The notes beneath the pieces are model-generated. The model searched no databases. It saw nothing but the letters and a program-made list of their open reading frames with translations, and was not told the origin of the DNA. A stretch of 64,000 bases of DNA from Xylographa opegraphella. Its lineage: Eukaryota. The position numbers and the translations under genes are program-made. The stretch covers positions 62,001 to 126,000 of the forward strand of contig JALDZX010000055.1 in assembly GCA_022813865.1 (NCBI GenBank), read 5' to 3'. Shown in pieces: positions 23,292 through 36,700 of the stretch; the first letter of the stretch is position 1; every line of letters starts with the position of its first letter.

Positions 23292-26200
23292 CTAAGTTTC
23301 CGTATGCCCAGTGTCGATGCTCGCTCGTACCGTTTCAGATGTTCCTGGAGTACCCTTCCTTGAGTCGTTTATGATAGGTAAGTCGCTTCTAACGTCCTCT
23401 TCAGCCTCCGCGTCGTCCTCTAGATCGTCCTCGGTCGTATCACCCTCTTGATCTTCGAAACCTCTACTCATCAGCCCCGGGAACATGGCGTCTCTGTCGG
23501 ATATTGCCGTCCCAATTCCCTGCTCCTCTATTTCCTCTCCGTCCTCTTCTTCAACTATATCACTAAGCTCGCTCTCATCATCTGCGCTGTCGTGGACGCT
23601 TCCTGGCACACTACTTGCCACCTCCTTGCCTAAATTTTCGTGATCATCGGTCGCCCTTTCAATGGTCAAGGAGGTCATCTTTTCCTCCGAGGTCAAAGAA
23701 GTGGATCCTGCTGCATTGGACTTGGTTCTGCTTGTAGCTGGAGGAGGTGGTGGCTTAGCAATTAATGCCTCTGCTCTTCGTGCTATTTCTCGACGGCCTA
23801 CACTCTTTAGGCGGGTCTTTATGATGGGTTCGTAAGGTCCTAACGAAGGCGTTTCAGGTATTAAGGCGTCGGAATATTGGACGTTACTGCTCATCAACAA
23901 ATGATCCACTCGCATACGGTCCCTGTTCTCCTCGTCGTTCGACTTGGCCACTAGTTCTGGGACCACGATTTCATAGAGCCGCGCATATGCATCACAAATC
24001 AGGTCATCAACAAGGATTGACTTCACAAGGCTGGCGTTTGTCCTCCTGAGTTCAATCGTTTCTCGGATAAGATCAACAAGCTTAATGGTGTTCACTGATT
24101 GTGCAGCCGGAGATTGAGATTGTGCCCATTGCTCAAGACGATCGGCATTAGTTATAAAGACCTCCACTAAAATGTTCTTGAAAATTGCATCTTCATGTCC
24201 CTCAGGGATTGCACCTTGAAAGCGTAGGAGCTGCGTCCGGTAAGTGTGGGCTAATTTGTATTACATGGAACATTGGAATACCTTGAGGTGAGTCATGTAT
24301 ACTTCTGACCATACTGATTGATGATTAAGAAACTCGCCGGGTTTCTTGCGGACACGCTTTCCAAGTGCCTCGAGGCTCACTCGATCTCCAAGCTGAAAAA
24401 GGAGATAAACGAAGAAACTAACATATCTGCTTGTGTATACAAAATGTCTTCCAGCACGTTCATTTTCTGGTTTCCATACCTGTATACTCATTGTCTTTGT
24501 GAAGATCTGTTGGGTCAATTCGTGCTTGGCACCATGAGCGGCCATTAAATCCGTAGAAGAGTCATCGTATATGACGTGGGCAGCCTGTAGCTTATCAACA
24601 AAACATGTATCGCAATACCTCTAGAGTTGACATACTCTGGCCACCATACGATGATGCCAATTGGTCTTGTCCGCAGCTCTAAGAGACTTCAGAACTGACA
24701 GAATATAGCCCTCCCAATCATCTGCATCTTGAACATGTGGCACTTTCGCGGCATAAGGCGTAACGTCCAGATATCGACAACCATCTTCAGGCTATTTCAT
24801 TGATCAGCTACTTGAATATGAAGATGGAGGAATACAAATACTGAGACGAATTTCCGTTGTACCAACTTGTGAACAAACGAAACAAGTTTGTAATGCGGAT
24901 CTAACAATGGATCTTTATCCGGGTGTCTACTGTCTTTCTTCTCAGGAACGCAACGTATGGCTCTAGTATACGCATCTAGAACTTCTTGAAACATAGCGTG
25001 TGGGTCCGTTGTAGTGGAAGAGCAGCTTAGTTTCCACAGGCATTTGCCGAGCATATACCAATTTCTAGAATCTTTAGTGTGTCACCCAGCAGTAGGAGAG
25101 GAAGAAATACATACAACCAATAGCCCGGCTTGTGAAGCAGTGCCTGTCGATAGAGTATGCTTGCGAATCGCCATGCTGCACGGACTTGAAGCTGTCTGAA
25201 CGGCAAGCGCTCGTATGTACCCCTGTGATTATTACAAAATCGCTTGTAGTCTTGTAAATTAAAAGCTGCCATCGAGAACGGTTCCCTCGATGATGAATAA
25301 ATTCTGTTCGCAAAGTCAGTGTACATATCTGACATTTTCGCTGCAGTTTCAAACGAGTTATCCGCGCAACGGACAGCGACAGCAACAGCCATCATGTAAC
25401 ACCGTATGGCATTTCTCTGCTGCAGAACAATCTCGCCCATCTGTTCATTTAGTTTATCAGCGCTCCAGGTTGTGTTCTCTTCGATCTTTGCGTCATAAAC
25501 TTGTGCAATTCGATACCACGTCTCCCACTTTTCGGTATTGAACTCGAGATCATGCCTGAAGAAGACGATAGCAATGTCGAGATCATCGGTTGGACCAGGG
25601 CTTGACCGCTTTTGTGAACGGAATTTAGCAAACGTTGTGAAACCTAGAAGAAAATACCAGCCCTTTTCGGCGATTACGGCATGCTCAGTACTGATCAAAG
25701 TACTTGAAACTGCACCAATTCCACGCAGTGATCTGTACATATCGAGTGGATTGATGGGTGCTTTCAGATAAGCGTTCAGAACTCGTCTATTAAACACTAA
25801 AGTCTTGGGATCCGGTGCCCCTAGTACACCTTGCATCTTATCAATCGAACCTTTCAGGTCAGTTTTTAGTAGATCTTTAACGCTGATCCTTTCTGCTTGT
25901 GTCATGACAAAGCCAACAAGCTCAACCGCGCTTGCTCGGTCCAAGGGATCCGGAGTACAACCGTGCTCAACCAAAGCGAGGCTATTGGAACAGATCTTTA
26001 GGCCGTAGAGATCAAAAAGGATTTGACTCATAGCGGAATCCCACTCCTCGAAAGCTTGCAGACCGAGGAACTCGGATTTCGCAAATTTGAGGAAGAGCCT
26101 TTTAGCAAGTTCGCAGTAGCCTCGGAGAGCAAGCGCACAATGAAGTTTCTTTACATAGTCGACGAGATCCTCCTTCAAGGCGGGAAAGTGATTTTGATCT

Positions 26201-29200
26201 TGAGATGCAGCTTCTTTCAGTACCAGGTACTGTAATATCCACGATTTTACGTGCATGTCACGAAGTTCGTTCATGGCTGTCTTGTAGGCAGAAGCAGCAG
26301 ACCCAGCAGGTTGAGATGGTGCAGCATAGTAACCCACGCCTATAGAGTCTTCTTGTAGCACAAACACATACAGTAATTGGGTCAAGTCCACACATGCCTG
26401 TATCGCAACTCTAAGATTCTTCTCGTCCATGCAGTCAAAAGCAGACTTTTTGTCCAGAGCAAGTCTCAGCGCTCTGATCAGCAGATCGTCAAGATTGCTA
26501 AGCCATTGAATCAAGCGTACAACTCGAGTTTCGCGTGTTTCACTGCAGTAGGACGGACTTCTCAACTCTTTGAAGATAAGTTGCATACTTTGCATGATAC
26601 ATAGAAACACCATCGGAGGATATTCGATCGACTCGTATGCCGTCCGTAACTTTTGCCAAAGCATAAGATGTAAAGATATAGTGGCCTTGTCGAGAAACTC
26701 GATTACTTGCTGCATAGCAGGAGTTGTGGAATAAACTGGAGTCTCTTCAAGATATCTCGCGGATAGATGATTCTTGGATTCATCGTTCGTGATGGCAGGA
26801 GCAATCGGCCCGCCGCTGTCCGAGTCAAGCTGATCGGCAGAGGTCACATGGGTGTTGCCAAGCTGAGATCGCACGAGGATGGGCTCGAGGCTCTCGATTA
26901 CGAGTAGCGGATCCTGTTGCATTGGATCGAAGATACTAGAGAAGAAATCCATGGTCATCAACCTGGATATCTCTCGATCGGCAGCCCGTGCCGAGATTTC
27001 AGGCATAATGGCGTTGTTTTGAAGTTCGATATTGAGGGATCCCGCCTCCAGTGACAACTTCAGCTCACGGAGACACAGAATGATATGGTCGCGAGATGTC
27101 GGTTCAATGAGATGAACGTAGACAACGGAAGCCCAGAGATACCTATAAGTAATTGATTGCGGAAGTTCGGCCTTTCCGGTCAGAGATTTATGAATAGCCA
27201 TCGCGCTACTGGAGAGCCCAGCCCACCTTTCAAGTCGATCTCGCTGCAGCATTCTAGTATCATTGTCGACCATACTATTGGGGTTTGTGATACTGCCGTA
27301 TATATCGAGATGAAGCTCAAATATGGCCTGAATCAGTTCTAGTAGCGAGCTATCTTCATTGCGGCACTGGTAAGACAATAACGGCGTATGGCTTTTGGAT
27401 CGATGAAAAAGCTCGTCTTGTCGACTTCTAAGCTTCTTGAAAATGTATGCGTCTTGATTCACCAACATTTGTACAACGGTTTCCTTGAGGTTGTCCGGCC
27501 ACGCGCAATCGAGATACTTTGAGCTTGAGGTAGTATCTGCGTCCTCTTGATCTTCACGGCTGTTCTCGCGAGGCTGCAACAAAGACGTTATCCATAGCAT
27601 TGAACAGTCTTCAAGTGACGTCCATGAGGAGTTCACAGTGGTTACAAGTTCTAGCATATCGCGGTCAGTAGAAAGAGCTTGTCTGGGTGTAGGTCGTGAT
27701 ATTCCCTCGTTTGAGTACTCTGAAAATTTGGCAAATGAAGAATCGCTGCTTCCAAGAGCTCCTGGATGTGAGTCATCAAGAGGAGTTCGCTGAAGCAGCA
27801 TTTGGCTTTTGTGGATGTCCCAAGTCAAGACTGCAGCTTTGAGGTCGCGCCAAGCAATGTGCATTGAGGCGGCGGTGTTTGTTTCTACCGAAGATTCTTC
27901 TGGCTCTGATAAAAACAGCGTGGACTTGATCTCTTCAAGTAGACTCAATGGATGAAATCCTAATTTGGCAAAGAGACCATTTGTTAAGTTGTTCAGCCCA
28001 CGGTCCGCTTGTTGATATTCTTGGAGACGATCTTGATAATACCTAGCAAGTTCCGCCGCTTCAATTTCTTCGTCGGCCGCTGTCTCGACTCTAGCACGGA
28101 TACGCTTACTTCTGATCCTTCCGCTATCAGCAGCTTCCGGTAAGCCTGCCAATTCTACAGTTCTCTTACGTGTGGGAAGGTTAATAGTTGTCGGATTCGA
28201 GAGTGAAAGATTACCCACTGCAACCATAGACATTGTTCTGCTAAGCTCGGCAGGTGTGATCTGATCATAGCTGTGGTAGACTCGAGCTTCGGTATGGTGA
28301 GTATTAGGGACAATGGCGTTGTTGGTCATGGTAGCATCATCCGCTGTATCATTTAGGATAGAATTCGGATAAAGTAGTGGAGCAGTATCCTCTACCGTTT
28401 GTGCATGTCCATCGCCACAAGTCTGATCCTGTAACACCGCTGATAGGGAGGAAGGGGTCAAACGAATTTCGCTATCATCCGAAGGCTTCCCGTTGTTGAT
28501 CTTCTCAGTTTTGGTGCTCGAATCGACCAAAGGTAGACTATGCTTAGGCAAGACAAGAACATAGTTAGTGCCGAATCCAATTTCTTCACTACCTTGCAGC
28601 TCCGTTATGTTCTGCTGCAATATAGCTCTCCCTACGCTTGCCCACGTGCTGACAGGGACGCAAATCTCAATCGTTGTTGAAGGAGGCAAGGCTGCTAGAT
28701 CTGGGACTCGAGAAGTTTTAGGTAGACAATGGTAAGTATCCATAATGTTTCTTAACGGAGATGAAATCCGCCTTCCGTTTTGAATGAGCCCTGGGAGTTG
28801 TTCTTCAGATAGTTGATCACGGAGCAGTATTATCATCTCTTTGAGATCTTCTGCAGCAAAGTTCGCCTCGAGGCTTTTAGGGCCCGAAACTGTCTGAGGG
28901 TTATGACTATCCGCTTGAATGGCCGCTTCGAGGCAAAATCGTGCTATTCGTTGACTTCCAACATAGCCTCCAATATGTGAAGCACGTCGCCATAGATCTA
29001 TGTCCTTGTCGTCTCGCGCAAGCGCCTCAGCAAATAGCTCCAGACTATCCATGGCAGTCCCGAGCGATTCTGGCTGAATTCCCACTGCCAGAGTATCTTG
29101 ATTATCTGCCTTATTACTCCTGAGCGATATATGATGCATTAGTCGATCCAATAAAAACTGTGCGTGATTCTTGTAGGACAAGTATAGCAATTGCGGTAAC

Positions 29201-29636
29201 GCGCTGGGCGTTCCATCCGAGGAACTCGTAGGCATAGCAGATTGAGCATGCAAGGATGCAGAGAAAAGATCGCCATCGTTCTCAAGTGGATCTCCGTAAA
29301 GTTCTAATCGCTTGGACTCCGAAAGAGATTCTGGATAAGTGAAGATTTCGGACTCGAACAAGGCTTCGTATGCGGCATCCGCCTCGTCATAGAAATCGGA
29401 TCCTTGCGAATGTAGTCTGAGGGCGTTCTGGTAGAGCTTCAGACCTTCTTCAATCTGATCTTGATTTAGTTCTGCTGATCCTCATACGGCGTCATGAACA
29501 ACTCACCTGGATTTCTTTCGTATCATCAACCTCTTCCTCGCTATCCTCCTCCAGCTCAACATTTAAAGCTACAAAGCTAGCCTACAGATTTCGATCAGAC
29601 ACACTACCACGGGCATTCAATTGTCCTACATACCAT
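23292..29636 (-). CDS. HIR3: Histone transcription regulator 3 (Hir3/Cabin1, HIRA complex), multi-exon; first exon is ATG only
   Basis: Spliced N-terminus M/ASFVALNVELEEDSEEEVDDTKEIQ/IEEGLKLYQNALRLH, a large TPR-like helical body (WETWYRIAQVYD), and NWHHRMV and TMSIQVWKPENERAGRHFVYT motifs. Confidence 0.9.
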
Positions 29637-30187
29637 TATCTGTGACTACTTCTCTCTAGTTATATAAGCTAGAACTAATCTGCTACCGCTCGAGCCCTCG
29701 GCTTTATACGTTGGGGATGTTTACGAAACCTCAGCTCCATCGGCAGGAGATGTAATTCCCGCTAGTAAAAGACTTTGCCGCAACTCGATCCTCTGATACT
29801 CTCTTGTTAGGCACCGAGTCGTACTGACTTGAGCCTGTCACAAGACGTAAGGCTATTAGTGAAGTACGGGGCAGGTTGTCCTAAGGTACCGTAGTCTAGC
29901 ATGGTCTCACGGACCGTTTGACGCGCCAAGACGCCAAGAGATACTGTAACGCGAGACACTAGCGCGCCCAGTGCAAACTAGTGGCCAAATTCCAGCAACC
30001 GCTGATGATTTACGGAGAATTCAATTGTGTAAAAGGCAACATGCCTCTTTCTGCCATTGTTCTACCTGACATTTCAATTGTTTGCTCCGAATCACAGCGT
30101 TCAAAGTAGCAAACCCGAACCATCCATTCAAAGTATATACATCATATAAAGTACCTCCTTAGCCCTGCAAGCTTTAACAAGCTTGGC

Positions 30188-32767
30188 ATGATGGTTGCGC
30201 CAGCCATTCCGGAGTAAGACGTTACTTTCAGTCATTTCTGATTATTGTTTCTCACAGATGAGACATGCCTGTGTGCTAGACCTGTGTAAAAGCTCTTGCT
30301 GAAAATCCTCCTTTGACCTTGAATAGCGAACTTGCTTCTGGGTCATGTTTCGATTTTCTTCTTTATGCTGATTGGACTTATCCAGGGTGATCGAGCAGGA
30401 GATAGAATCTGCGATCGAAAGTCGCAATGAAGCTTTGCCCAGTTTACGAGAACTAGGTCCTCCCGACCTTGTGCATCTCATTAAGCAGTCTGCCAAGTCT
30501 GGAGGCCGTCAGGTGAGTCCTTGAAAATTGCTGTCAGCTATCCTCTTCTAATACTAAGCATGACAGACGGGAGTCTACCATCACGTGACTGGCATTGATG
30601 CTTCTTCATCCGCCAGTCTAGCCGCCTATATCAACACTCTAACTCAAACCGCGCAGGACAAGAGCAATAAAGTGATATCCGGTCTCTACTGGTTTGCCAT
30701 AATTGCTTGAATATACGGCAAACGCTAATCTACCACAGCTGTTACAATGCATTTTCACGACTTGATATGCGAGTAGAAGTCAAGATTCCCGGCGGCGTTG
30801 AAAGTTACTGTATTGATGAACGAGGAGATAAGCGAGTAGCATCTGACAGTCTTTGGCTTGAGACCTTTCTTTGCGGTGTGCTCAGGGCATATTCTTATGC
30901 TGACGATGGGAGTGGAGACACCATTAAGAAGATCATCGCAGTGAGGAGATTCGATCCTGTAACGAGCACTGATGTCGAACACAAATTCCTTGACGCAGCG
31001 GAACGATTGTTTTTCAAAGGTGACCTGTTTTGTCCCACCCGTCGTCCAAGGATGCTGATATGGCGAAGGGTGGCAACTTGGATCTGACCCCGAAATACAA
31101 GTCCCAAACCTCGTCTCGAACCATCTTACGACTGGGCTTCTGAACTACGTGCATACTACTGGACGATATGCCTCCGGGCAGAATCTTTTTGAGAAGCTTA
31201 GGTCGCGAGATCCTGAGATATCCTCGCTTCTGGCACGGGTTCTAATCTCTGGTGACGAGGAGGTGAAGGCTGTTCGTCTACTCAAGGAAGCTATAGAGAT
31301 GCTGCCAATGGACTATTCCTTGTTAAACTGCCAAGCAGCGTTTCTACAAAGTAAAGGCAAATTGGAGTGGGCTTCACCACTCGCACAACGCGCTGTGATA
31401 GCCGCGCCAAGCGAGTTTGGAACGTGGTCAAAGCTCGCAGAAATCTACGTAGGTCTCGAGCAATGGGACCTAGCTCTTCTGACACTCAACTCCTGTCCAA
31501 TGTTCACATATGTCGATAAAGATGCCCCTCGTATGCCGGAACCTGCTCGTGTCATACTACCCGTGCTTTCAAATACTGCTTTAGACGAGATTGACGAGTC
31601 AGTGCAAGGCTACGACACGGAAATGGTGCACCCCAACCTTCGAAAACTCAGTGCCGCGGGGTATAAAGGCACATTCTTAAAAGCATACAGCCTGCTTACA
31701 GACATCACCTCAAAGATCGGATGGGATCAATTGTTGCGGATAAGGAGTCAGGTCTTCGTTATGGAAGAAGAATACCGCAGTGAGAAAAGTCAACCAGGAA
31801 CTGGACGGACTACAGGCCAAGTGACCGGGCGAAATTCAAGCACAACCGCCCTGAGAGCTCCAAGCCCCGACACCAATTGGCAGAAAGCGAATGGTGACGA
31901 GTCTGGGTCCGTCAAAAACGAAAATGAGGAAGAGCCTTCATCCCCGACTGAACAGCCAGACGTAGGAGCACCAAATGGTAATGTCAATTGCGGCGCAGCA
32001 GGAGGGGACTTGGCCATCGAAAAACCTGAACACACCGTAGCCTCGACCGAGGTCAAGTCTGGCAGCGAAGATGTGAGCCAAACTCCGATCAGGAGACCGT
32101 CATATTACTCCAAAGTTCATAACTGACTTGATTTAGCCTGACCCCAGTCATGCGAATTACACTCATTTTCAACACAAACGTCTATGTGAACGATGGTTGG
32201 ATAATCTGTTCATGGTTCTCTATGAAGATCTGCGGATTTACACGATATGGCGAACGGACATGGCCCGCGCCAAAGCTTCGAATGACTCTAGCGCTTCATC
32301 GCCAAGCACGAGCAACACAATATACAGTAAAAGTGCCGAGGAGTGGGAGATTCTGGGCGAGCTGGCGGAGCGTCTCCATCATGTCCCGGAAGCCATTGAG
32401 GCATACCAAAGCTGCTTGAGGATTCGGTTCAGCCCAAAGGCCATGAGGGCGGTGGTGAAAATGTGGGAGGAGGATAAGAAGACGGAGAATGTGCTGCAGG
32501 GCATGATTCGATTGATCGCCTGGCAATATCGGTGGTATTCCGAAGTATGTCCCCTGCCAGCTCTCAACCTGAGTGAGAAGTAGCTAATGCCATACATAGT
32601 TCTCGCCCGAGCTACTTCGAAGCATTCGAAAGCTCATCGAGGATGAAGGCGCAGTCAAGGTGAGAAGTATTGTGCAGGCTACGAGTCTGCCGCAGCCAGT
32701 GTTGGATCTCACACATCGATATGTCGAGCTATGTGCTACATTCCGAAGTAGTGGCAGTGACGGCTAG
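30188..32767 (+). CDS. BUD7: ChAPs family exomer cargo adaptor (Bud7/Bch1/Chs6-like), multi-exon
   Basis: LRELGPPDLVHL, GVYHHVTGIDASSSASLAAYIN, CYNAFSR, ALLTLNSCPM, KRLCERWLDNLFMVLYEDLR and WQYRWYSEFSP. Confidence 0.92.
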
Positions 32768-33773
32768 GATAGCAGCCGCCTTTCGTAGTTTGAAATAAAA
32801 CCGTTCTGAAAACACCGAAATATCCGGAGGCCTCTGCAATAATTGAAGTAATTGGACAAGTGGTCAGGATCAAGGTGGACTGCCTTAACAATATCAAGAT
32901 TACCACCTACACGAGAGACAATCAAACAGTCATAGATCGACTTCCGTTCGAAAGTCAGAACCCTATCGTCCGGTCGTCTCGCAGATAGGTCTCAACGTCG
33001 TTTTCAATGCGCAAACTGAGGCCTACAATATAGAGCGTCGGAGTACATGTGGACACAGCGAAAGTGATTCAGATTAGTCCCAGAGTAGAAAAAGCATAAA
33101 ATTGGTCGGAGATACAGCCACACACATAGGTCTTCGGCTTAAACGCTCCATTAATTTCCCTTCCTGCTGAGGCAGAGCACGCGTGCGTATAGATGGCCAC
33201 GCGTATGTATAATGGGTACTGCTCGCATTAAGTTCTTTCGCGGACCACGCTAGACCAAGTTGAGCCTTCGCAATAAACTGAAAGTCCTTTAGAACTACCG
33301 CCAGCAAGGCTCGGACATCGCGAAGTAAAGGCCATCGAGTTGGAGATTGCTCGAGAAGTCTCTGAGTTGAGATTTGTAATGTACAGCCGTCACAGCTTGT
33401 GAGGAGTAGTGCTTACTGTCACTCTGCGGGTTTTGTGCGGATGATTGACCTACATCATAGGTTTGAGCGACTTGTGCGTGATCGCCACTTATAAACAATC
33501 TACATTCTAGAGTTACTGTTCTCTTTGCCTGTACTACATATCATCTTACCCCACGTTGCTTCCTCGTCTGAGATCTCTGACCCTTTCTCCTTGCTTTGCC
33601 CAGCTGGAATTTCACCATTAGGCTGTTGGTTCGTCCTACTATTGCAAATACATTTCTTATTCTGCTTCAACGAACAACGTTGTCGCTATAGCCGTTGATC
33701 TGCGCTCCTAAGCTTCCATCCAATCCAGATTGCAACGTTTGACTTTGACCGCTCGTTATCCCACCCTTTCGAG

Positions 33774-36700
33774 ATGGACGCTGCAGATGAGGAAGCGCAT
33801 AGTATGAAGGTCTCGGAACCGGCAAACCGAAAAACTGCAGCCTCAGCCGTGATCTTGTCTCGCGCCAACCACAGCTTTGCGACAACCGTATTAGTCAACA
33901 ACATCCACTGTGCATCATGTGTTACACACATCGAAGAAGTCCTGGCGGCTATATCTATACCTACAGCTAAGGTCAGCATTAGCGTGATCAATCAGGAGAT
34001 CCTGGTATGGCATGCATCGCCTACTGACGCTTCAGTCATCTGTGAAGCGCTCCTGGAAGCGGCATTTGAGGTTCATAGCGTATCCACCGTGGATGAGAGC
34101 GGCCGGATTGTATATGAGCTGAACCTTCCCATCAAACCTGAAGGATGGATCGAGTCTGCCGCAGACGTATGGAAACAAACGCCATCCAAGAAGTCGAGGC
34201 CAAAAGATTCAATGTCTATGGCCAAACGAAGCATGACCAAGAAACACTTAGACAACTGCACTGCCTGCAGGGAAGAAGCGGCTCGTTCTTTGGGGGACCA
34301 GGAAAAGCACACCAGCTATTCGGAAGCCCACAAGTCAGTGGAGCGGAAAGGGTCATCTACCATACCATTGTGGAGAACAGAAGACAAGCAGTCGCAGAAC
34401 AGCTCAGCGACAGAGGTGCACCATACAGGTGCTAACAATAGTCCAAGCAACATCGAGAGGATGGAAGACGTTTCGACATCATCTGGCCTGAAAATTAGCT
34501 CCAAAAATGATATATATGCATTAGCATTAAGTATTGGTGGCATGACTTGTGCTTCGTGTACCGGTGCTATAAAGCATGCTCTCGAGGATTTGGATTACGT
34601 CAAGTCTGCTGATGTTGACCTCTTGACAAATAGTGCTCGCGTCAAATTCTCAGGAGATAAGAGCAATGCAGATCTTATCGTCCGCGTTGTTGAGGATATC
34701 GGCTATGATGCGGAGATATTTTCATGCGAAGCTTCTGCGTCGAGCCACGATGATAAAAATCGTCGACTCGGGGACCTAACAATCTACCGAGCAACCTTGA
34801 GTATTGCGGGCATGACGTGCGTAGCATGCCCTAATGCTATTACACGAGGTCTTTGGGAGCTCCCTTTCATGAAGAGCGTCAACATCACTTTGATGACTGG
34901 CGGTGGTGAAGTCACCTTCGAAGGAGAAGAAAATCTCGAGAAAATCATTGAGAAAATTGACGACACTGGCTACGATGTGAGTGTTGTGGAGTCAAGTCGA
35001 GTCGAACCTCTTCAAGATTTGAAAACAGATTCCTGTCCAGCTTCAAGAACCCTTCAAATCAAAGTCGAGGGCATGTTCTGCAGCCATTGTCCAGATCGAG
35101 TCGTTGAGGTTCTTCAGTCAACATTTCCATGCAAGGTTGTGGTTGATAAGCGGCCCACATTGAAGGATCCCGTGCTCCGGATTACCTATGAACCTCGTCC
35201 CTCTGAGTTCACCATAAGAGATATTGTTTCGTGCATAGACTCGTCAAACGATTTATTCCGGACCACGGTCTACCATCCACCATCCATGGAAGATCGTTCA
35301 CGAGATATGCAGATTCACGAACGGAACAGAATGCTGAAACGCCTACTTCTCAGTTTTTTGACAGCCATCCCTACATTGCTCATAGGCGTGGTATGGATGA
35401 GCCTCGTTCCTAGCTCAAATCAGATCAGGCTTTTTTTCGAGCAGCCCTTTTGGTCTGGAAACGCTACACGTGCTGAATGGGCACTTTTCATTCTGGCAAC
35501 TCCTGTGATGTTCTTCGCAGCGGATGTATTTCATATCCGCGCTATCAAGGAAATCCGAGCTCTGTGGCGAAAAGGCAGTAAAGTTCCTATTTTCCAGAGG
35601 TTTTATCGCTTTGGAAGTATGAATCTTCTCATCTCGGCGGGAACTTCTGTTGCCTATGTTGCGTCTTTGGGTCTTCTGATTTCCGATGCGACAGCGAAAA
35701 CAGGCAAATCCGATACCTCAACGTACTTCGACACCGTGGTATTTCTCACCTTTTTCATACTCATTGGACGGAATCTCGAGGCATACAGCAAGTCAAAGAC
35801 GGGCGACGCCGTGGCAATGCTTGGTCGGCTAAAGCCCCAAGAGGCTCTCCTTGTCAATATATCTGCTGCTCATGAAAATCCATCCGAGAAAGACAATACT
35901 ACTACTCAACCAACCAGGACAGAAACCATCAATGCTGACCTTCTCGAAATTGGCGACGTCGTTATTGTGCCTCACGGATCGTCTCCTCCAGCCGATGGCA
36001 CCATCGTGTCCGGATTAGCGCGATTCGATGAAAGCTCTCTGACCGGTGAATCTCGAACCGTCCACAAAGGTCCTGGAGAGACTGTATATGTTGGTACGAT
36101 CAATACCGGAGATCCAATCACCGTTGAGATTACGGAGACAGGCGGCACGTCCATGCTGGATCAGATAGTGTCTGTTGTTCGAGAAGGACAGACCAAACGG
36201 GCGCCGGTCGAACGAATTGCTGATGTCTTGACGGGGTACTTTGTCCCTGTCATTACCGCTCTGGCCATCATGACTTTCTTTGTGTGGTTCGCCATTGGAC
36301 AATCGGGGTCGCTCAACCCGAAGTATCTAGATGGCCAAGCGGGAGGCTGGGCTTTCTGGAGCCTCGAGTTCGCTATTGCTGTATTCGTCGTTGCGTGCCC
36401 TTGCGGCATTGGTCTCGCAGCCCCTACAGCCCTGTTCGTGGGAGGTGGTCTTGCAGCCAAGCACGGGATCCTTGTTCGAGGCGGTGGAGAAGCATTTCAA
36501 GAGGCTGGAGGCCTTGATGCTATTGTATTCGACAAGACAGGAACCTTGACAGAAGGTGGAGCTTTGAAGGTCACAGACCACGAGATGCTTGTTCCAGATC
36601 CAGAGGATGCAAAACACACTTGGTCCATCATTCGATCTTTGGAAGAGCAAAGCTCCCATCCAATTGCACGTGCTGTACTTGAACTTGCATCGACGAAGAT

